Shown here: piece after piece, positions 1-8,286 of the stretch
How the letters are laid out: each line of letters opens with the position of its first letter
Position numbering within the stretch: the first letter of the stretch is position 1
NCBI GenBank assembly: GCA_038245115.1
Contig: JBBRSS010000007.1
Span: 1 to 55,845 of the forward strand
DNA length: 55,845 bases
From: Candidatus Saccharimonadia bacterium
Lineage (GTDB): Bacteria > Patescibacteriota > Saccharimonadia > UBA4664
Direction of reading: 5' to 3'
Program-made: the position numbers and the translations under genes
Notes under the pieces: generated by a model
Seen by the model: the letters and a program-made list of their open reading frames with translations, nothing else
Database searches by the model: none
Told to the model about the DNA's origin: nothing

Positions 1-8
1 CTCCGCCA
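1..8 (+). tRNA. Probable 3' end (CTCCGCCA) of a tRNA lying upstream of the window (Asp or Ser type); attL core
   Basis: Window starts CTCCGCCA (G discriminator + CCA), followed by a terminator-like hairpin; the TCCGCCA core recurs at 5715-5721 and 8423-8429 inside tRNA-Asp-like 25-mers. Only 8 nt visible. Confidence 0.55.
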
Positions 9-151
9 AGAATATGGTTCAGATCCGACCCGTTCCCTTAAAGTGCATACTATAAGGAGCGGGTCGTTTCTATTTGCTTGAAATGTCATGAAATGAGCCT
101 AAATCCGGCATTCCCATTCACTATGGCAATGGAATTCGAACTGGCTTAGTT
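2..151 (+). repeat. Left arm (B), copy 1; homologous to 5715-5852
   Basis: TCCGCCAAGAATAT...GATCCGACCCGTTC...GGGTCGTTT...GCTTGAAATGT.ATGAAATGAGC shared; exact 32-mer ACTATGGCAATGGAATTCGAACTGGCTTAGTT at 120-151 and 5821-5852. Confidence 0.95.
26..75 (+). terminator. Intrinsic-terminator-like hairpin just after the tRNA end
   Basis: CGACCCGTTCCCTTA (26-40) pairs with TAAGGAGCGGGTCG (53-66), followed by TTTCTATTT; a variant copy lies at about 5739-5771. Confidence 0.55.
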
Positions 152-1489
152 AAACTTTTTAGACCGTGGTTTTCGCTCTAAATAAACCTTTTGATCTTTG
201 AGGAATAGTTCGCCATTTACATATTTCAGAATCTCTCGCTTTTCTTCTCGGGTTCCGTTTTGTAGGACATACTTTGCATAGGCTTTCAGATCAATCGCTG
301 GTTTCTGTATTAACTCATCGCCGGTATAGCCGAGGACACCATTGAATCGTTGATAGCGTTCGAGTTCGTCCTTGAATTGCTCCTGTGCACCGATTTCGTC
401 CAGTTCTAGGTCATCAATCAGCCTTAAGAGCTCATCCATGAGGTCACCTTCACGGATGTATGGCTGTATACAGTCTAGGTCATTAGCTCTACCGCAGTGG
501 TAGTAGACATATCGTCTAATTTCTCCTGTGGTTATGAGTCTTTTCATGTGTTCTTCAGCAGTTATGCCTGTCTTACAGGCTCCACACTTGAGTATTTTAG
601 TGAAGCTAAATTCTTTGCTACCTGTGCGTAGTTTTGGGGCTACAGTAAGCTGAGCTTGCACCAGATCGAACAACTCCTTAGTAATAAGCGGTTTATGTTT
701 ACCCTGATGCATCTTTTCATTGGTTTTTGGGTATTGAAACTCGCCGTAGTAGAAAGGATTTTGCAGTGTTCGATAGATATGGCTTAAGACCATTCGTTTG
801 CCCTGCCTACTCGTAAAGTCTATTTCATCCAGCCATCTTTTTACATCACGGCCTGTGTAGGCCTGTTTGGCGACTCGCTCAAACATTTCTGCCATGATTG
901 GTGCTCGTTCTTCGTCAATAATAATCTTTTCTTCGCCTAAGCCATTGTTAAAATATCCGATCGGAGCCTGACCCGGTCGCCAGCCATTGGCGGCTTTGTT
1001 GTGAAGGCCTCGGATAACGTTCAACCCTCTGTTGTCATTCTCCAGTTTAGCTTGAGAGCCGAGGATCATCAGCAGGAACTTCTCGTTGGGCGAGTTGGTG
1101 AAGGTTTGCCCATGGGTACGAATCTCCGTTAACTTCCCCTGATCCATTAAATCTACCAGAATACCTAAATCTCCAGCGTTCCTGCTCAGGCGATCAGGAG
1201 CCCATGTCACAATGCCGTTGAAGTAGCCAAGCTGGATGTCCTTTATGAGTCGGTTATATACAGGACGTGTACCTGATTCTTTGGAAGAATGGCTTTCTTT
1301 GCGTACTTCAGCTATTTCAATGCCCCAATGATCGGCCAAGAGCTCCATTTCTTTGATTTGTTGCTCAATTGAGAGGGCTTGACGCTCATCCTGTTCGCTG
1401 GATTTACGAGCATACAGACACCAGCGGACCGGTGCTGTTTTTGGTGTATTTTGTACCTGTTGGGATAAGGTTGATTCCATCAGGTACAA
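146..1489 (-). CDS. Large serine recombinase (resolvase + recombinase + Zn-ribbon); start possibly 1480
   Basis: LYARKSS catalytic Ser motif, SIEQQ, WAPDRLSRN, APIGY, NPFYYG, H.PLI..ELF, CGAC...YYHC...C zinc ribbon. Confidence 0.95.
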   Translation of the reverse strand: MYLMESTLSQQVQNTPKTAPVRWCLYARKSSEQDERQALSIEQQIKEMELLADHWGIEIAEVRKESHSSKESGTRPVYNRLIKDIQLGYFNGIVTWAPDRLSRNAGDLGILVDLMDQGKLTEIRTHGQTFTNSPNEKFLLMILGSQAKLENDNRGLNVIRGLHNKAANGWRPGQAPIGYFNNGLGEEKIIIDEERAPIMAEMFERVAKQAYTGRDVKRWLDEIDFTSRQGKRMVLSHIYRTLQNPFYYGEFQYPKTNEKMHQGKHKPLITKELFDLVQAQLTVAPKLRTGSKEFSFTKILKCGACKTGITAEEHMKRLITTGEIRRYVYYHCGRANDLDCIQPYIREGDLMDELLRLIDDLELDEIGAQEQFKDELERYQRFNGVLGYTGDELIQKPAIDLKAYAKYVLQNGTREEKREILKYVNGELFLKDQKVYLERKPRSKKFN

Positions 1490-1541
1490 GGTACCGCAAA
1501 TACGGTGTAAGTCTAGAGTTAAAAATGTTATTATTTAACTT

Positions 1542-2807
1542 ATGAATGAAGAAACAAAATATATAGATATCACACCCCATAGGAGCATCCTCACAAAAAT
1601 TAGCCAAACAGGTTATTCAATACAAGAAGCCTTATCCGAACTAATTGATAACGCAATTGACGCCAGAATAAGCGAAACAGTTCTAAATGTTACTGTAGAC
1701 ATATCAGCAGATTCTATTGTAGTTACTGATGATGGAACGGGTATGACAGAAGAACAAGCTGCTAAATCCATCCGTCTTGGGTTTTCTGAGAAAAAGCAGC
1801 AACTTGGTGAGTTTGGGCTTGGACTAAAAACATCAACATCGTTTTTGGGACATGGCTTCACCCTTACTACCTCGCCTGTTGGGTCAGACGAAGAGTATTC
1901 AATAGTTTATGATGCAGATGATTGGCTTGAAAACGGAGATTGGTACAAATATCCGTTTGTTGTCAGAAAAGGCGTTGATGTCGAAAAGAGCGGAACTAGA
2001 GTTGAAGTTCATAAATTGCGTGTTCATATTACGGATAAACTACTAGCTAGTATCAGAGAAGAATTTGGCCTACGATTTGGTCCGTTCATTCAAAACAAAG
2101 AGCTCAATCTTGTCTTTAATGGCGAACCTTGCCCGCCATTTGTTCCATCGATACTTGATGGTAATAAAACAGAATTTTCGTTTGAATTTCCTGGCGGTAA
2201 AGCTTGGGGCTGGTGGGGCTATCAATTGAGTGGTTTAAACAAGAGTTACTACGGTTTTCATACCTATAGGAGAGGACGACTCGTTACAACATACGATAAG
2301 GTGGGGCTAACTCCTAACCAAGACATCAAACAGATAATTGGCGACTTGCACGTAGAAGGAATCCCTATAAATCACGACAAGAAAAACTTTGCTAAAACAT
2401 CGGAAGGTTATAGAAATCTTGAAGATCAAATGAGGGTTTACTTCAAGCCATTTGAAAAGAAACCGAAACGAATCTTAAGCGGCTACGCTGCGTCTGCGGG
2501 ACGTGTACGTGGTACAGTCAAACTGATTCGTACTACGGCACATGGTCCTGATATTCAAAAAATACTAGAAAATGTTAAGCACGGTGACATTATTGTTACT
2601 GAGATGACTCGACCACAGTATCTCTTGGCAATCCGACGCTCGGCTGGAATTATCACTGATCTTGGAGGGAACCTCTGTCATGCGGCAATTGTCTCACGAG
2701 AATTCAATATTCCTTGTGTCGTTGGCACCCAGAACGCCACGGCACTACTAGCCGAGGGTAAAAAAGTTATTCTTGATGGAAATGAAGGGTATATTTATGA
2801 AGATTGA
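1542..2807 (+). CDS. GHKL (MORC/MutL-like) ATPase fused to C-terminal PEP-utilising phosphohistidine swivel domain
   Basis: GHKL motifs ELIDNAIDA, DDGTGM, GEFGLGLK, GT; C-terminus G.AASAG.V.G...GDIIVTEMT.P...TDLGGNLCHAAIVSREFNIPCVVG matches the PEP-utiliser mobile domain with its catalytic His. Confidence 0.9.
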   Translation: MNEETKYIDITPHRSILTKISQTGYSIQEALSELIDNAIDARISETVLNVTVDISADSIVVTDDGTGMTEEQAAKSIRLGFSEKKQQLGEFGLGLKTSTSFLGHGFTLTTSPVGSDEEYSIVYDADDWLENGDWYKYPFVVRKGVDVEKSGTRVEVHKLRVHITDKLLASIREEFGLRFGPFIQNKELNLVFNGEPCPPFVPSILDGNKTEFSFEFPGGKAWGWWGYQLSGLNKSYYGFHTYRRGRLVTTYDKVGLTPNQDIKQIIGDLHVEGIPINHDKKNFAKTSEGYRNLEDQMRVYFKPFEKKPKRILSGYAASAGRVRGTVKLIRTTAHGPDIQKILENVKHGDIIVTEMTRPQYLLAIRRSAGIITDLGGNLCHAAIVSREFNIPCVVGTQNATALLAEGKKVILDGNEGYIYED

Positions 2808-3960
2808 TCCACATATTCTAAAGTTCCCACACTCATTACCGAATGATGAAGCCGACTTCATGATCTACTATCCATACAAGTTCCCGAAGGTAATAGAATT
2901 TTACGAACAGAAGGCTCAGGAGCTTTATGACAAACCTGAAGCTTATGCCCAGTTTGTTCAAGATGAGTTTAAGGAACTAGAAGCAGCCGTAAATGAAGTA
3001 AACGACGAGTACGGTAAAGGTAACAAGGACGATCTCAATTTCTTAGTTAGCATAGACCAAAAGTTTAATAAGGTATTTTGTTTCAAGTTCTGGGTGATAA
3101 ACTATGTTTTTGCCGATGGACTGATCCATGAGTTTTACGTTGACCAACTAAAAGCATTTTCTCGAAAAATGGTTGATGTAATTGACGACATCGAAGAATA
3201 CGAACAAAGAGTCATCCAGATCCAACGCGATTTACTGCAAACCGATTACGCAGACATCTACCTAGTACAAGCTCTTCATGGCGTTGTAGTCATGAGCTTC
3301 TTGGAGAATGACGAGTTCTCAAAAGAGATAATTTCAAAAATTATTCCACTAATTGATGAACATACTGATAAGAATAACGAAAAGATCATTGAACTATGGA
3401 AGCCAATCGTTGATAAAATTCTCGATCCAGACGATCATACCTATGACCCACTTACTGTGTTTCCGCCAGATTTCGACGAGAAGTACGAAACCTTACTTGA
3501 CCTACCTCCACTCCAGCTACCAAGAAATCAGGTTAGAATGCGTGGGATACCGTTCCCTATGTATAGCTTTTTGAGTCACACGATTGAATTCCGTGAACAA
3601 AACAAGGCTCTTAAGGAGCGTCACGACAGCATGATAGGGATAATTGAAGACATCTTTACTGAAGCCAGGGGCAAACTCAATGAGGAAGAATATGCCGACT
3701 TCCGTTTGTCATATGAGATGGCCAGAAACTTCTCTATGTCCAAGGATATTATGGGTAATGTTGACCCGATACTTGTACCGGTTTGGGAGGGCGATGTGCA
3801 CAGGAGAATCAACGAAATACTATCCAAAGATCAAGAGGTTCGATATCCGCACGTCAGCCACGCATCAATGTTTGGCAGCTTTGCCTGGTATTTGCCACCT
3901 GATTTAAAAGCTAAAGTAATGTCGCCCGACACATCACCGTTTAATTTTGAGGAGCTTTAG
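2797..3960 (+). CDS. Unknown acidic, predicted alpha-helical protein (388 codons)
   Basis: Long ORF overlapping the upstream stop; no recognisable motif. Confidence 0.8.
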   Translation: MKIDPHILKFPHSLPNDEADFMIYYPYKFPKVIEFYEQKAQELYDKPEAYAQFVQDEFKELEAAVNEVNDEYGKGNKDDLNFLVSIDQKFNKVFCFKFWVINYVFADGLIHEFYVDQLKAFSRKMVDVIDDIEEYEQRVIQIQRDLLQTDYADIYLVQALHGVVVMSFLENDEFSKEIISKIIPLIDEHTDKNNEKIIELWKPIVDKILDPDDHTYDPLTVFPPDFDEKYETLLDLPPLQLPRNQVRMRGIPFPMYSFLSHTIEFREQNKALKERHDSMIGIIEDIFTEARGKLNEEEYADFRLSYEMARNFSMSKDIMGNVDPILVPVWEGDVHRRINEILSKDQEVRYPHVSHASMFGSFAWYLPPDLKAKVMSPDTSPFNFEEL

Positions 3961-3961
3961 A

Positions 3962-4735
3962 ATGAGTGAACGAATTGCACCAATGTCGGATGGACGTATA
4001 GAGATGCATGTTCAACGACATGACGAGCACGACAAAGGACATCTCACTCCTGAAGGTCATGAACACGCAAAACAAACCGCAACAGAGAAGGTGAATAAAT
4101 ACCTTGATGTGAATCCAGAAACACATTTTATGATTATTTGTTCTGACCAAGTGCTTGATGAAGCGGAACCAGAATTTGGAGGAATTCGTGCCAGAGAAAC
4201 CGCCCAAGACATTATTGGTACTGTGCGTGATGCCCTTGATGAAAGAGGATTGCCCGCAGATCATTTATTTGGAAGTGACGGTGATCCAGCTACTGTAAGC
4301 CCCGTATTGCGCGAAGCTGGTATTTTCTCACAGGGATTTATGAAACATTTAAGAGAAAATTACCCCGATGATAACGCCTGGTCACTATACTATCAAGATG
4401 CTGACTCTGATACACGAGTTGCGATGGGTGGAGAAAGCCCAATAGACTTAGCAAACCGCATGGACTACATGATAAAAACTGCCGAAATGGTCGGAGCTTC
4501 ATTACACAAGGTTCCGGGTAAGGAAGATTCGCCCTTACTCGTTTGGATAGTTGGTCACGGAGGTGGGCTGGATTCGTACCTACACCATTATGCCGATGTG
4601 CCGATTGATCAATTGGGTTTTGATTTTAGCGGTGGTTTTACTCTGCGCTCTTCGCCTGAACATGGCGTAGTCGCTGACGTAAAAGGTACAGAATATCCTG
4701 TTAGAACAGACGAGGTTATGAGTCTCCCCAGATGA
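3962..4735 (+). CDS. Histidine phosphatase (phosphoglycerate mutase-like) superfamily protein
   Basis: N-terminal RHD(E) motif, LT.EG.E.A, R(A)RETA, L.E, late VGHGG His motif. Confidence 0.8.
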   Translation: MSERIAPMSDGRIEMHVQRHDEHDKGHLTPEGHEHAKQTATEKVNKYLDVNPETHFMIICSDQVLDEAEPEFGGIRARETAQDIIGTVRDALDERGLPADHLFGSDGDPATVSPVLREAGIFSQGFMKHLRENYPDDNAWSLYYQDADSDTRVAMGGESPIDLANRMDYMIKTAEMVGASLHKVPGKEDSPLLVWIVGHGGGLDSYLHHYADVPIDQLGFDFSGGFTLRSSPEHGVVADVKGTEYPVRTDEVMSLPR

Positions 4736-5556
4736 GTTTTATAAAATTCTTTAACGAAATTAAGGTGGATGATCTTAACTTGGTTGGGGGCAAAGGACTA
4801 TCTCTGGGCAGAATGGCGAATGAAGGTTTCCCGGTGCCTCCAGGATTTGTAATCACAACTGAGCTGCATAAAGATTTTAAAAGTAAAAACACTATTGAAG
4901 AGCGAGAAAAAAGCGACCTTTATGCAGCATTTGATGACTTAGGGGCAACTAGGGTTGCCGTACGATCATCAGCAATTTCTGAGGATTCAGAGAAGGCATC
5001 TTGGGCTGGACAATTTGAGAGCTACCTAAATGTCACCAGAGATGATCTAACAGGAAGAGTAATGGATTGCTGGAATTCCGTTAAGGGGGCCAGTGAGTAC
5101 GCTAAGACGCAAGGCCTCGAAGAAGAAGAGCTTGCTCTGGGGGTGGTCGTCCAAAAGATGGTAGATAGTGAGGTGTCCGGAGTCGCATTTAGTGTTAATC
5201 CTCTGAACCACAATAGCGACGAAATCATGATTGAAGCTACCTTTGGTCTTGGTGAGCTGCTCGTCCAGGGCATGGTAACACCCGATAACTATGTAGTGTC
5301 TAAGCGCGACAAAAGAGTAGTAAGCAGCAAGATTGTGGCGAAGACAAATATGCTGGTGTACCAAGACGGTGAAACCAAGGAAATGCCCGTGAGTGACGAT
5401 ATACAGGAAAAACCCTGCTTATCCGAAGAACAACTATACGAATTAAGTGCAACAATCTGCCAAATTGAGGATTACTATAAAAGCCCACAGGATATTGAAT
5501 GGGCACTCCAAGAAGATAAATTCTATATTGTTCAATCAAGACCAATCACAGTATAA
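4732..5556 (+). CDS. Stand-alone PEP synthase/pyruvate phosphate dikinase N-terminal ATP-grasp domain
   Basis: VGGKG..LG, PVPPGF, AVRSSA..ED...SWAGQFESYLNV, VVVQKMV, SGVAFS, GLGE..V.G..TPD, PQDIEWA, QSRPIT; ends with no His or pyruvate domain. Confidence 0.92.
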   Translation: MSFIKFFNEIKVDDLNLVGGKGLSLGRMANEGFPVPPGFVITTELHKDFKSKNTIEEREKSDLYAAFDDLGATRVAVRSSAISEDSEKASWAGQFESYLNVTRDDLTGRVMDCWNSVKGASEYAKTQGLEEEELALGVVVQKMVDSEVSGVAFSVNPLNHNSDEIMIEATFGLGELLVQGMVTPDNYVVSKRDKRVVSSKIVAKTNMLVYQDGETKEMPVSDDIQEKPCLSEEQLYELSATICQIEDYYKSPQDIEWALQEDKFYIVQSRPITV

Positions 5557-5577
5557 CTACCTTTTTTAAAGTGTCCG

Positions 5578-5721
5578 ATTTTGTCCCATTTACACTAGTA
5601 GCCACTTAAAATAATGGGACACGGCGTATATAGGCTTTCTGTGTCTCATTTGTCTCGTTTTTATCTGTTAAGTGTCAAAGAATGAGACAACTACACAGTT
5701 CCAGACCCGTGTGTTCCGCCA
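5578..5721 (+). repeat. Right arm (A), copy 1; homologous to 8287-8429
   Basis: ATTTTGTC(C/T)CATTTAC...AAAATAATG(G/A)GACACGGC...CATTTGTCTC...TTTATCTGT...GTGTCAAA...TGAGACA...CCCGTG.GTTCCGCCA shared between both copies. Confidence 0.95.
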
Positions 5722-5852
5722 AGAATATAGCTCGGATCCGACCCGTTCTCCTAAAGGAGGGGGGTCGTTTTCATTTAGCTTGAAATGTTATGAAATGAGC
5801 TGTATTTTGCCACCCCGTTTACTATGGCAATGGAATTCGAACTGGCTTAGTT
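5715..5852 (+). repeat. Left arm (B), copy 2
   Basis: Alignable to 2-151, with an exact terminal 32-mer. Confidence 0.95.
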
Positions 5853-5880
5853 GACACAGCTATATGCAAACAAGTACGAT
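5851..5880 (+). promoter_or_regulatory. Sigma70-type promoter for the AbrB-ABC operon
   Basis: TTGACA (5851-5856), 18 nt spacer, TACGAT (5875-5880). Confidence 0.55.
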
Positions 5881-5900
5881 ATATATGAATAGTATGATTT

Positions 5901-6143
5901 ATGAAAGAGAATAAAATGAAATTACCAAGATTAATAGGAACAACGACTGTTGGTGAACGGGGACAGATAGTTGTACCTGCCGATGCCCGCGCTGAATTAG
6001 GTATAAATGCAGGCGACAAGCTGCTTGTTTTTAAAGCCCCTATCGATGGAGCGTTAATTATTGCCAAGCCTGAAACTTTCGAAAAACTGATCGCTCACAT
6101 GGGGGAACAGTTTAAAAATATGACTGAGCATGATGCAAAATAA
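5901..6143 (+). CDS. AbrB/MazE/SpoVT-family transcriptional regulator
   Basis: TTVGERGQIVVPADARAELGINAGDKL signature. Confidence 0.9.
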   Translation: MKENKMKLPRLIGTTTVGERGQIVVPADARAELGINAGDKLLVFKAPIDGALIIAKPETFEKLIAHMGEQFKNMTEHDAK

Positions 6144-7395
6144 ACTAAACAATGCCGTATTAACTACCCGCACAGCATTTTTTATTGCGGCTAAAAGCAT
6201 CCGCCGTGGTTCTTTGGCAGTAAAGATAGTCACTGTTTTCATCCTACTGCTAACTTTTCTTAATTTGCTAGTTGTTGGAGGCTTATTAAATGGTATTACT
6301 AATGATGTGGGAGCTAAGGTGAAAACCTCTCTGTCCGGTGATGTGTATATTAAGCCAAACAAAGGGCATACGTACATCCAAAATACCGGTGACATCCTTT
6401 CTATTCTTGATAGAACTACTGGCGTACACTTTTCTCCCAGACTGACCAGCGGAGCAACAATAGAATATGGTGATGCAACCGCCGAACAGAAGCCGGCAAG
6501 AATAAACACAGTGGTAGCCGGGGTTGATCCTGCTCTAGAGTCGCAGGTTACCACAATTACCAAACGAGTGGTCTCTGGGGCGTTCCTTGGTGCCGATGAA
6601 ATAAACTCGATCGTGCTGGGGTCATCACTAGTAGATGGCTATACGACCAGTGAAACGAGTAATGGCGAAACACTAGGTAGTGTAGTAGTCGGCGACAAGG
6701 TGCGTATCCGTTTTCCTACAAATAGTTCTCCGCAAGAATTTACAGTTGTCGGTATTCTAAACTCTAAATCGGCGGTAGTTGACCAACGGGCATTTATTAA
6801 TCAAGCGACGTTGAGCAAATTATTGAGGACGGGCAGTGGTGACTATTCGGAAATTGCAATTGTAGCGGGTGACGATAAAGCTGCATCGGCTCTTATCCAA
6901 GAGTTACGTGCTGCTCCAGACGCCGGCAAGAACAATGTCAAATCGGCTGATGAAGCAATACCCTCAGCAATCGCTGATGTCCAAAAGGCTTTTGGGATGA
7001 TTGGGAATATAGTAGGCGTCACTGCTTTATTAGTAGGTATCGTGACGATTTTTGTCATTGTATTTGTTAGCGCGTCTAGTCGCCGAAGGTACTTAGGCAT
7101 ATTGAAAGCTCAGGGTATTTCAGCGCCAACTCTTGTTTTGTCGTATATTCTTCAGATCGTGTTTTATGTATTGGTTGGAGTGGCTCTTGGGCTAGTGGTA
7201 CTCTTTGCAATCTTGCAGCCATTTTTTGTGTCACATCCTATTTCGTTGCCGATGGCGGATGGTCAACTATTTTTACCAGTCCAATATGTTACTACGCGCA
7301 TCGTTATATTGTTTGTGGTATCGATCATTTCCGCATTTATACCCGCTTGGTTAATTATTCGGCAAAATACGCTTGATGCGATATTGGGGAGATAG
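6130..7395 (+). CDS. FtsX/MacB/LolE-type ABC transporter permease
   Basis: One N-terminal TM helix, large extracytoplasmic loop, three C-terminal TMs, RRRYLGILKAQG motif. Confidence 0.9.
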   Translation: MMQNKLNNAVLTTRTAFFIAAKSIRRGSLAVKIVTVFILLLTFLNLLVVGGLLNGITNDVGAKVKTSLSGDVYIKPNKGHTYIQNTGDILSILDRTTGVHFSPRLTSGATIEYGDATAEQKPARINTVVAGVDPALESQVTTITKRVVSGAFLGADEINSIVLGSSLVDGYTTSETSNGETLGSVVVGDKVRIRFPTNSSPQEFTVVGILNSKSAVVDQRAFINQATLSKLLRTGSGDYSEIAIVAGDDKAASALIQELRAAPDAGKNNVKSADEAIPSAIADVQKAFGMIGNIVGVTALLVGIVTIFVIVFVSASSRRRYLGILKAQGISAPTLVLSYILQIVFYVLVGVALGLVVLFAILQPFFVSHPISLPMADGQLFLPVQYVTTRIVILFVVSIISAFIPAWLIIRQNTLDAILGR

Positions 7396-7404
7396 GCTAA
7401 AATC

Positions 7405-8085
7405 ATGATTAATATACAATCTGTTACGAAAAATTTCACAACCGGGGAGGTTGTTACCAAAGTCCTAAAGGGTATTAATTTTGAGGTGCCAAAGGGGCAG
7501 TTCATGTCTATAATGGGCCCGTCTGGTGCCGGTAAGTCTACCTTGCTTTACCAAATGAGTCTTTTAGACAAGCCAACGAGTGGATCGGTTATTATTGACG
7601 GAGTTGATGTTTCACGGCTTAGCCAATCCGAAGCGACACGCTACCGCTTAAAAAATTTTGGTTTCGTGTTCCAAGACTCTGCACTAATCCCTGAATTCAC
7701 AGCTCTTGAGAATGCCTTGCTACCGAGCCTAATGCAAGGAGACGACTACGCAAAGGCTAGGCGGAAGGCTATTAAAATATTTACATCTTTTGGTATGAAT
7801 GAGCAGATCAACCACTTGCCGAGTCAACTTTCTGGTGGCGAACAACAACGCGTAAGTGTAATCAGAGCAATTGTAAGAAAGCCAAAGATCTTATTCGCCG
7901 ATGAGCCGACTGCAAGTCTGGACACCGCAAGATCACATGATTTAATGATGGCACTGTTAGAGCTGCATCGGGAAGGCCAAACAATTATAATGGTTACGCA
8001 CGAGGAAGAATTCGCCAAAATGGCTGATAGAATGCTGTCTATCCGCGACGGGCGGATCGAGAATGATACTATTCTAAAAAAATAA
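7405..8085 (+). CDS. LolD/MacB-type ABC ATPase
   Basis: GPSGAGKST, LSGGEQQR, ILFADEPT, VTH. Confidence 0.95.
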   Translation: MINIQSVTKNFTTGEVVTKVLKGINFEVPKGQFMSIMGPSGAGKSTLLYQMSLLDKPTSGSVIIDGVDVSRLSQSEATRYRLKNFGFVFQDSALIPEFTALENALLPSLMQGDDYAKARRKAIKIFTSFGMNEQINHLPSQLSGGEQQRVSVIRAIVRKPKILFADEPTASLDTARSHDLMMALLELHREGQTIIMVTHEEEFAKMADRMLSIRDGRIENDTILKK

Positions 8086-8286
8086 CGTTTTTAGTGTTGC
8101 TGAACCACAGTTTTGTCAGCCTCTAACTTTCTGCAACACTCTGTCTAAACTTTGCAGCCGTTTGTTTTTGTGGTTTGGTTGTTCTTTGAGCCGGGCCGCG
8201 TAAGCGGCTGGGCTCATCTTTAGAGCTAAATGGATTCGCTTGAAGCAAAACTTTAAAACCAGCGGCAGCTCTTTTTATGGGGGCCT

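Larger units (their letters stand above)
1..5721. mobile_element. Integrative element 1 (large serine recombinase + 4-gene cargo)
   Basis: Bounded by TCCGCCA cores at 2-8 and 5715-5721; left arm 1-151 and right arm 5578-5721 are each repeated in element 2; AT-richer than the backbone; encodes a recombinase. Confidence 0.8.

Noticed and set aside
1542-5556. Fragmented ppsA/ppdK pseudogene
   Set aside because: The domains are in reverse order in intact, translationally coupled ORFs with catalytic motifs preserved, and two unrelated genes lie between them.
5672-5854. 60-aa ORF across the element junction
   Set aside because: Lies entirely within the att-arm repeats, with no coding signal.
8186-8218. 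Hairpin GAGCC..GCCGC-GTAA-GCGGC..GGCTC as an oriT or replication origin
   Set aside because: No relaxase or Rep gene and no counterpart in element 1; may just be a terminator-like stem.
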